Shown piece by piece: positions 33,249 through 39,729 of a stretch of DNA of 48,497 bases; positions within the stretch are counted from its first letter, which is position 1; each line of letters starts with the position of its first letter. The stretch spans positions 1 to 48,497 of the forward strand of contig DVHO01000030.1 in assembly GCA_018711995.1 (NCBI GenBank). Reading direction: 5' to 3'. The notes under the pieces were generated by a model. That model searched no databases, had not been told where the DNA came from, and worked only from the letters and a program-made list of their open reading frames with translations. The position numbers and the translations under genes were made by a program. The stretch is from Candidatus Pelethousia gallinarum. Lineage in GTDB: Bacteria; Bacillota; Clostridia; Christensenellales; CAG-138.

Positions 33249-33938
33249 TTATAGATAAACGATTTGGCACAGGTTTTCCGGGGACCCTACGTAGAACCGG
33301 CTGCCGGGTTGCAGGCGTTCCGGGTAATTGGGCGGCAGCTTTTTCCCATCCGCCAAGGCGGTGCCGAAGCGGGAGTTTAGGTCGATGAGGATGGGCCCGC
33401 CCTGGTCTATCCGGATGCAGCAATGCTGATGGCTGACCCCGGGGGTGCCGTCGGGGAAGCGGACGCCGCAGGCGGGCGCCCGGCCCAGCACGATGCCGCT
33501 GCTGCCGATCCGGTAGGTATGGCCCCGGAGGGGGCCGGAAATGCATTTGATCCCCAGGCTGCGGCCGGCCTTGGCGGCAGGGAGGAAGGCAGGCCGCAGG
33601 GGCGGGCCAAAGGCGTTTTCCTCGGAGACCCCCGGCTGGCAAAACCAGATCACCAGCACGAGCCAGCCGAAAACCGGCACAAGGCCCATCAGCAGCCACA
33701 GGCCGCTACGGCCTATATCGTGGAGCCGGCGCACGGAAACCGACAGGCTGGGGATCAGAGTGAACAGGGAAAACAGCCCCAGCAGCAACCAGCCAAGGGC
33801 GGTAAACCTAAGCAGGGAAAAGGCGAAGAGGATGCTGTACTGAAACAGCATAAAGTACCAGAATTCCTTGCGGCCCGAGCGGCCGGAAAATTGGGCGTAG
33901 TTGCGCAGGGCCTGCTCTACAGCATTCATAAATTCCAT
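33249..33938 (-). CDS. DUF805 membrane domain fused to C-terminal FHA domain
   Basis: 229 aa with GGGAGG upstream. DUF805 signatures FSGRSGRKEFWYFMLF and RRLHDIGRSGLWLL. FHA domain IVLGRAPACGVRFPDGTPGVSHQHCCIRIDQGGPILIDLNSRFGTAL. Confidence 0.8.
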   Translation of the reverse strand: MEFMNAVEQALRNYAQFSGRSGRKEFWYFMLFQYSILFAFSLLRFTALGWLLLGLFSLFTLIPSLSVSVRRLHDIGRSGLWLLMGLVPVFGWLVLVIWFCQPGVSEENAFGPPLRPAFLPAAKAGRSLGIKCISGPLRGHTYRIGSSGIVLGRAPACGVRFPDGTPGVSHQHCCIRIDQGGPILIDLNSRFGTALADGKKLPPNYPERLQPGSRFYVGSPENLCQIVYL

Positions 33939-34076
33939 TGTTGGTCGCCTCCCTCTATGAAGAGCTAAATCATGATGCTAATTTTAGCATCCCGCCCTGC
34001 GGCTTTCGTCCAAATGCTTTCCATTTCCCCACCGGCCCGGCGAAACGCTAAAAGCCGCCCTTCAGGGCGGCTCAGC

Positions 34077-34421
34077 CTGTCGAAAAACCCTTGGGGGTTC
34101 GGGGGCCGCAATGCAGTTCGCAAAAGTCGCGCTGCGTCGGCCCGTGGGGCCTTCCTGGCGCTCCCTTGCTCACTGGGCTTCCGCCTCGCTCCTCCCGCCA
34201 CTGGCGGCGCTCGGCTTTGCCCCCCGGAGGCTATAATCGGATTTGGCGACACAAGGTGAATTGTCCCGAAGGGACAAGAGAAGGCCCCCTGGGGGGTGCG
34301 CGTCAAACCCGCAAAAAGCCTTGCGTAGCAAGGGTTTCTCTGCATAGCTCCCTGGCCGCGCCGTAGGCGCAAGGGAGCTATGAACACCTCGAAAAAGTGG
34401 CGCAAGCCACTTTTTCGACAG
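34077..34421 (+). repeat. Hairpin-rich dispersed repeat element, copy A (ends ctgtcgaaaaa...tttttcgacag)
   Basis: 34126-34421 aligns with the reverse complement of 48202-48497. By my manual alignment there are 5 substitutions outside one hairpin loop. Internal hairpins include ccgccactggcgg, tgtcccgaagggaca, agctccctggccgcgccgtaggcgcaagggagct and tcgaaaaagtggcgcaagccactttttcga. Confidence 0.85.
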
Positions 34422-34422
34422 C

Positions 34423-34456
34423 CAAAAACGCGGCGGATATCCATATCCGCCGCGTT
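34423..34456 (-). terminator. Terminator of the XRE gene (minus strand)
   Basis: Near-perfect palindrome aacgcggcggatat/cc/atatccgccgcgtt (34427-34456), followed on the minus strand by TTTTT (plus-strand aaaaa at 34424-34428). Confidence 0.7.
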
Positions 34457-34649
34457 AATCCATCCCAAGCAAGTCTTCCACGCGCACCCGCAAAACCTTT
34501 GCCAAATAGAGCAGCTCATAATCCGCCACCACCCGCTCCCCGGTCTCGATGCGGCTGATGGCCTTTTGGTTGATCGACAAGCCTTCCAATTGCAGCCAGG
34601 CCGCCAGCTGCTCCTGGGAGAGCTTCTTTCCCTCCCGGATGCGGCGCAC
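34455..34649 (-). CDS. XRE/Cro-C1-type helix-turn-helix regulator (short; start uncertain)
   Basis: 64-aa ORF from GTG. RRIREGKKLSQEQLAAWLQLEGLSINQKAISRIETGERV is a classic HTH_3 pattern. The in-frame sequence upstream (NASGENV) still looks like part of the domain but has no start codon. Confidence 0.7.
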   Translation of the reverse strand: MRRIREGKKLSQEQLAAWLQLEGLSINQKAISRIETGERVVADYELLYLAKVLRVRVEDLLGMD

Positions 34650-34864
34650 GTTTTCCCCGGATGCGTTACACCTTCCTTGGTATTTGTATATTTTCGTAAC
34701 ACATCACCTCCCTTCTTACCAATCTTTGGAATAAATTCATGTTGATTTTAGCGTATCCCTATGCTATTCTTATCCCAAAGATGACTAAACTATAACTTTA
34801 TTTTTTGACCTCGTTAAAAAAGAAATAGCTTTTATAAAAAACAAGCATTAAGGAGGAGAATTTT

Positions 34865-36856
34865 ATGAAAAAACGAGTTTCCGCCATTTTGTTGGCGCTG
34901 CTCATGGCTATGGGGTTGTTGCCAGGAGTTGCGGCGGCAAAAACATCCAATGCAACGCTGACCGTCTCAATCCGTGTACGCGCGTATAATCCAAATACCC
35001 AACAGCATGAGGTCTTTACCAATTTGCGGGTCTCTAGGACGGTAAAGGTAGAAGAAGGCACAAATCCCGAATATCCTGTTTCTTACTGGTTTGAAAAGGG
35101 GATAAAATACGGTTCCCCCTCCGACCCCTATTACGGGAAAGAAGGCTATAAGCTAATCGTAAAAATTGGCGATACGGAGCTAGACACCGCAAACGCATGG
35201 GTTTTCGATCATGACATGTCAAATGTTTCCGGCAGCGGCCAGACATTTCATCCTATATATACCCCTAGCTCCGGCCAATATCAGAATACGCTGTATATTT
35301 CAGGTGGTACGCCCCTTCCTGACCCCGGCCCCACCAAGCCAGAAGCGCCGGGGGAGAACGACCTGCCGGGCATCCTGGGAAATGACGTGGTACAGGTTGA
35401 CTGCATAAACGACAAGGTCAACCATGAAACAAAGCACTATGGCCTCAAAACCGGCAGCTACACCATCGGTGAAGTTGCGGGCGACGCCACCAGCGGCTAT
35501 ACCTGCGATATCACCATAAACGCCGCCCCCTACGTGGAGGCCTATAATGCGGATATGGGCATAGACCATACCCTTTCTCCCGCTGGCGAGCAGGCCCCCA
35601 AGACCATCACCCTCACCTGGGACGAGGAGAATGGCTGGCAAAAACCCGCCCAAGGGCTTCCCATCCTCTTCACCGTGATTTGCGAAGCGGAGGCGCCAGC
35701 GCCCGAAGCGCCTAAGCCGCCTACGGAGGACGACCTATCTAACATCCTGGGCGATGCGGTAGTCGAGGTGGAATGCGTCAACGAAGATGCCGGGCACGCC
35801 AAGCAAGCCTATGCCCTTATCGCTGACAGCTATACCATCGGCGAAGTTGCGGGCGACGCCACCAGCGGCTATACCTGCGATATCACCATAAACACCGCCC
35901 CCTACGTGGAGGCCTATAATGCGGATATGGGCATAGACCATACCCTTTCCCCCGAGGCGCAAACCCCCCAGACCATCACCCTCACCTGGGACGGGGAGAA
36001 GAGCAGTTGGACGGTGCAGCCCGACGCGCTCCCCATCCTCTTCACCGTGATTTGCGAAGCGGAGGCGCCAGCGCCCGAAGCGCCTAAGCCGCCTACGGAG
36101 GACGAGATACTAGCCCTTCTTGGGGATGCAAAGGTGGAGGTCATATGTACCCCCGGCCGTCATGGGACGCGGACCTATGCCCTACGGGCAGACTCCATCC
36201 GGTGCAGCGACGTATACGAAAGCGATGGGCAATTCTATTTGAACGTAACGCTTTCCGGCCAGCCGTACGTGCAAGCATATAGCCGGGATACCGGCAGGGC
36301 ACATACCCTTTCGGATCCGGCTGCCTATACCATTACGCTGGTATGGAGCGACGGATGGCATTTACAGGAGGAGTCTGCGCCAGTCTATGCCTTCCATGCC
36401 GCCTGCACGGCCGGCGGCGGGGATAGCGGCGGTTGGTATCCCCCCAGCACCGGCAGCCTGACGGTGACAAAAACCATGGCCGATGGGAATCGATCCAGGC
36501 AGTTCACCTTTGTGGTGACCCTGAATCGGGCGCTCAACGGCGTATATGGCGGTATGCGCTTTGAAAACGGCGTAGCCACCTTTACCCTGGGCCACGGCCA
36601 ATCCGTCCGGGCCTCCGGCCTGCCGGTGGGCACGACCTACACCGTAGAGGAAATCGGGAACGCTGGATACCAGGCCATCGCCACCGGCAACGCGGGTTCC
36701 ATCACCTGGTCAGGGGCAACCGCCAGCTTCCAGAACATCCCCCTATCCATTCCTTCCACAGGCGATATGCCTCGGGCGATCCTGGGAGCTACCCTCATTG
36801 CTCTATCCCTTTTGGGCTTAGCCGTGTATCATAGCCGGAAATCCTTCATCGGGTAA
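34865..36856 (+). CDS. Cell-wall-anchored surface protein: signal peptide, unique N-domain, three ~120-aa Cys-containing repeats, Cna-B/SpaA-like domain, LSIPSTGD sorting signal
   Basis: 663 aa with AAGGAGG upstream. Signal peptide MKKRVSAILLALLMAMGLLPGVAAA. Repeats are recognisable by LPGILG...V.C.N...GSYTIGEVAGDATSGYTCDITIN.APYVEAYNADMG..HTL...ITLTW...PILFTVIC. The prealbumin-like segment is GSLTVTKT...TFTLGHGQSVRASGLPVGTTYTVEEIGNAGYQA. The C-terminus is LSIPSTGD (36743-36766) followed by a hydrophobic stretch and HSRKSFIG. Confidence 0.85.
   Translation: MKKRVSAILLALLMAMGLLPGVAAAKTSNATLTVSIRVRAYNPNTQQHEVFTNLRVSRTVKVEEGTNPEYPVSYWFEKGIKYGSPSDPYYGKEGYKLIVKIGDTELDTANAWVFDHDMSNVSGSGQTFHPIYTPSSGQYQNTLYISGGTPLPDPGPTKPEAPGENDLPGILGNDVVQVDCINDKVNHETKHYGLKTGSYTIGEVAGDATSGYTCDITINAAPYVEAYNADMGIDHTLSPAGEQAPKTITLTWDEENGWQKPAQGLPILFTVICEAEAPAPEAPKPPTEDDLSNILGDAVVEVECVNEDAGHAKQAYALIADSYTIGEVAGDATSGYTCDITINTAPYVEAYNADMGIDHTLSPEAQTPQTITLTWDGEKSSWTVQPDALPILFTVICEAEAPAPEAPKPPTEDEILALLGDAKVEVICTPGRHGTRTYALRADSIRCSDVYESDGQFYLNVTLSGQPYVQAYSRDTGRAHTLSDPAAYTITLVWSDGWHLQEESAPVYAFHAACTAGGGDSGGWYPPSTGSLTVTKTMADGNRSRQFTFVVTLNRALNGVYGGMRFENGVATFTLGHGQSVRASGLPVGTTYTVEEIGNAGYQAIATGNAGSITWSGATASFQNIPLSIPSTGDMPRAILGATLIALSLLGLAVYHSRKSFIG
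35368..36111 (+). repeat. Intragenic tandem duplication, period 372 bp (124 codons), with near-identical blocks
   Basis: 35456-35577 matches 35828-35949 with a few mismatches. The 74-nt run cccatcctcttcaccgtgatttgcgaagcggaggcgccagcgcccgaagcgcctaagccgcctacggaggacga, starting at 35660 and at 36032, is identical in both units. Confidence 0.9.
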
Positions 36857-36873
36857 CCGCATCCGCTTTCCTA

Positions 36874-36905
36874 GGGCCTGGGCAGCGCGTCCCAGGCCCT
36901 TTTTC
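36874..36905 (+). terminator. Rho-independent terminator after the first surface-protein gene
   Basis: gggcctggg/cagcgcgt/cccaggccc followed by TTTTT. Confidence 0.7.
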
Positions 36906-37137
36906 TCCGGCCCGGCCTTCCTTTCCTTATATAGCCATTTTTCGGATGGATATGGACGGCCTTTGCTTTATCAAATTTTTAAGAATCTTTCGTTTTTTTA
37001 TTTTCTTCCTCATTATCCTTAGAGAATACCCTCCGTAGGACTTTATTTTTGCAGGCTACACTGGCTGCACCAACGGACCCATGCTTTCGCAAGAAAGGCT
37101 TCCGTTACGATCTTGTTACATTTAAGGAGGGTTTTCC

Positions 37138-38922
37138 ATGAAAAAACGGCTTGTTCCCATATTGCTTTCCCTTGTCATGGTCCTGATGCTTTTGCCAAAC
37201 CCAGCGTTGGCAGTTAACGGCGAGGGGGCATCCATTATGTTTCTGCCGCCTGCTGCTCCCGCAACGGACAAGCTTTCGGAAGTTTTAAGCGGCGAGGTGG
37301 TCCAGCTTGCATGCGCCAATGGCACCCACAGCCATGCGCCTGCTTCCTACCCGCTTAAACCTGACACCTATTCCGTCGGCATGGTAACGGCCGATGATGC
37401 GTACGGCTATATTTGTCCTGTAATTATCCAGGCAAACGCCTATATTACGGCCTATAATGACGAAACTGCCTCCAAGCATAGCCTATCCCCCCACGCTTCG
37501 GAGGCGCAAACCCTCATGTTGACCTGGGACGCGGCTGCAAAATCTTGGAAGGCGCCTAAAAATAAATTGCCCTTGGCCTTTTCCCTGACCTGCCAGGACC
37601 CGCGGCCTTCCGACCCCACGCCTCGCACATCCAATGTGCCGTCCGTCCCCACCGATAGCCAGCTGCCAGGTATCCTAGGACAATCCATCGCAAAGGTAGC
37701 TTGCGCCAATTCACAGGCCTTTCATGGGGACAAAACCTACGGCCTGCTTCCCGGCGGCTATACCATCAGCGCCGTTGCCGGCGACGCTACCATAGGTTAT
37801 TCCTGCACCGTATCCATAAACAGCGCCCCCTATGTGGCCGCCTACAATACAGAGATGGGCGCCATCCATACCCTTCAGCCTGAAGTACAGGCTTCCAAAG
37901 CCATCGTTCTGGTCTGGGAAGCGGCCAGCCAGGCCTGGGCCCTGCGGGACGTCGGGCTTCCCATCTCCTTCCCTGTCCTTTGCAAAGACGCGGCAGTACC
38001 CCCCCAAGCCCCCGCCGTTGACCAGCTTCCAGGCATCCTGGGGTCCATGGTGAAGGTAGCCTGCGCCAATTCCCGTGGCTTCCATGGGGACAAGACCTAT
38101 GCCCTGCTCCCCGGCAGCTATACCATCGGCAACGTTGCCGGGGATGGGGTAAAAGGCTATACCTGTCCCGTGACCATCCACAATGCCGCCCCCTATGTGG
38201 CCGCCTACAATACGGACATAGGCGCCATCCATGCCCTTCAGACTGATGGGCAAACCCCCAAGGCCATCACCCTGACCTGGGATGGGAAGGCTTGGCAGAA
38301 GCCTATAACCGGCCTGCCTATAACCCTTACCGTGTCCTGCCAAAAACAACCGGTCTCCCCCCTGCCTACGGCCCCCACCAAGGCTGAAACGCTTCAGCTC
38401 CTTGGCGCCGCCAGGGTACAGGTCAACTGCTCTGCCGGCCGCCATGGGGCCCGCGCCTATGTCCTGCGGGAGGATTCCATCCAGCTTAGCAGCGTGTACG
38501 AGGTAAACAACCAGCCCCGGGTGAACATTACCCTTTCCGGCAACCCCTATGTGCAGGCCTATAGCCGGGATATGGGCAAACCCCATACCCTTTCCTACCC
38601 CACCGCCTATACCATCACCCTGGTTTATCAGGATGGCTGGCGTCTACAAGAAGCCCTTGCCTCGGCCAAAACCTACGCCTTCAACGCCGCCTGCAACCAG
38701 GGGAATGTGGGCGGCGGCTGGTACCCCCGCATCAGCGGCGGCCGCAACCCTGGGGGCAATGTGCCCATTATCCAGCCCGGAACCGTCGCCAGCTTCCCCA
38801 ATCCCGCCCTGTCCATCCCCCGTACCGGCGATGCGCCCCAGATGGGCCTGGGGGCCGGTCTAGCGGTTCTGGCGCTATTGGGCTTGGCAATGTATTTCGG
38901 CCGCAGAGCCTCCGCGGACTAG
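37138..38922 (+). CDS. Paralogous cell-wall-anchored surface protein: signal peptide, four copies of the same ~120-aa repeat, LSIPRTGD sorting signal
   Basis: 594 aa with AAGGAGGG upstream. Signal peptide MKKRLVPILLSLVMVLMLLPNPALA. Repeats carry LPGILG...KVACANS..FHGDKTY.LLPG.YTI..VAGD...GY.C.V.I...PYVAAYN...GAIH.L. The last repeat is homologous to the last repeat of the 34865 protein. The C-terminus is LSIPRTGD (38809-38832) followed by a hydrophobic stretch and GRRASAD. Confidence 0.85.
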   Translation: MKKRLVPILLSLVMVLMLLPNPALAVNGEGASIMFLPPAAPATDKLSEVLSGEVVQLACANGTHSHAPASYPLKPDTYSVGMVTADDAYGYICPVIIQANAYITAYNDETASKHSLSPHASEAQTLMLTWDAAAKSWKAPKNKLPLAFSLTCQDPRPSDPTPRTSNVPSVPTDSQLPGILGQSIAKVACANSQAFHGDKTYGLLPGGYTISAVAGDATIGYSCTVSINSAPYVAAYNTEMGAIHTLQPEVQASKAIVLVWEAASQAWALRDVGLPISFPVLCKDAAVPPQAPAVDQLPGILGSMVKVACANSRGFHGDKTYALLPGSYTIGNVAGDGVKGYTCPVTIHNAAPYVAAYNTDIGAIHALQTDGQTPKAITLTWDGKAWQKPITGLPITLTVSCQKQPVSPLPTAPTKAETLQLLGAARVQVNCSAGRHGARAYVLREDSIQLSSVYEVNNQPRVNITLSGNPYVQAYSRDMGKPHTLSYPTAYTITLVYQDGWRLQEALASAKTYAFNAACNQGNVGGGWYPRISGGRNPGGNVPIIQPGTVASFPNPALSIPRTGDAPQMGLGAGLAVLALLGLAMYFGRRASAD

Positions 38923-38943
38923 CCGTCCCCAGCGTCTTTCCCC

Positions 38944-38977
38944 GGGCCGGGGGCAACGCGCCCCCGGCCCGTTTTTT
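38944..38977 (+). terminator. Rho-independent terminator after the second surface-protein gene
   Basis: gggccggggg/caacgcg/cccccggccc followed by gTTTTTT. Confidence 0.75.
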
Positions 38978-38997
38978 GTAAGAAAACCGGCTGCGAC

Positions 38998-39026
38998 TTG
39001 CTCCCTTTTGTTTTGGCGGGTATAAT
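38998..39026 (+). promoter_or_regulatory. Candidate promoter of the pth-mfd operon
   Basis: TTGCTC at 38998-39003, a 17-nt spacer, then TATAAT at 39021-39026. Confidence 0.5.
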
Positions 39027-39091
39027 AGAAACATACGCACCCCCATATCCAAGGATATGAGGGCATACTTGCGTGGAAGGAAGGTTGCGTT

Positions 39092-39724
39092 ATGTTTATC
39101 ATCGTGGGGCTGGGAAACCCCGGCCGGGAATATGCCGGCACCCGGCACAATGCAGGCTATATGGCGCTGGACATACTGGCGGACCGGTTTGGCATAGAGA
39201 TAAAGCGGCACAATTTTCAGGCCGTATTCGGGGAAGGGTTTGTGGCGGGGCAAAAGGTGGCCCTGGTCAAGCCCCTCACCTTCATGAACGAGAGCGGAAG
39301 GGCTGTGCGGGATATCATGAACTGGTACAAATGCCAGCACGATCAGCTGCTCTTGATCTACGACGACATCGACATCCCCCTGGGGGATATCCGCATCCGG
39401 GCAGGCGGCAGCGCCGGCACCCACAACGGAATGCGCAGCGTGATCTATCAGCTCCAATACGATGATTTCCCCCGGGTGCGGGTGGGCATCGGCCAGGCCC
39501 AGGGCCAGCGGGGATTGGTGGCCCATGTGCTGGGGGCGCCCCAGGGCGAGGAGCTGGAAGCCCTGCGCCATGGGCTGGCCCAGGCCGCCGACGCTGCGGA
39601 GCTGATCCTAAACGGCCAGCTTTTACAGGCCCAGGCCCAGTTTAACAAGCGGCCCAAGAAAGAAAAGCCCCCCAAGGCAGACCCCCCCGAGGGGGAAAGC
39701 CTGGGCGATCCGGAGGTGCTGTAG
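39092..39724 (+). CDS. pth: Peptidyl-tRNA hydrolase
   Basis: MFIIVGLGNPGREYAGTRHNAGYMALD is the canonical Pth N-terminus. The protein is 210 aa with a Lys/Pro-rich C-terminal tail (KRPKKEKPPKADPPEGE). Confidence 0.9.
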   Translation: MFIIVGLGNPGREYAGTRHNAGYMALDILADRFGIEIKRHNFQAVFGEGFVAGQKVALVKPLTFMNESGRAVRDIMNWYKCQHDQLLLIYDDIDIPLGDIRIRAGGSAGTHNGMRSVIYQLQYDDFPRVRVGIGQAQGQRGLVAHVLGAPQGEELEALRHGLAQAADAAELILNGQLLQAQAQFNKRPKKEKPPKADPPEGESLGDPEVL

Positions 39725-39729
39725 GAACC

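Noticed and set aside
33965-34702. 245-aa minus ORF, plus ORFs 34091-34366 (+) and 48257-48457 (-), inside the dispersed repeat
   Set aside because: The same DNA is open on both strands, is dominated by perfect hairpins, and the ORFs have no SD. The two copies give the same peptide only because the DNA is repeated. I interpret them as non-coding repeat elements.
39640-39724. Lys/Pro-rich C-terminal tail of Pth as a separate feature
   Set aside because: It is continuous with the pth frame and has no independent signal. It is probably a lineage-specific disordered extension and is noted only in the feature evidence.
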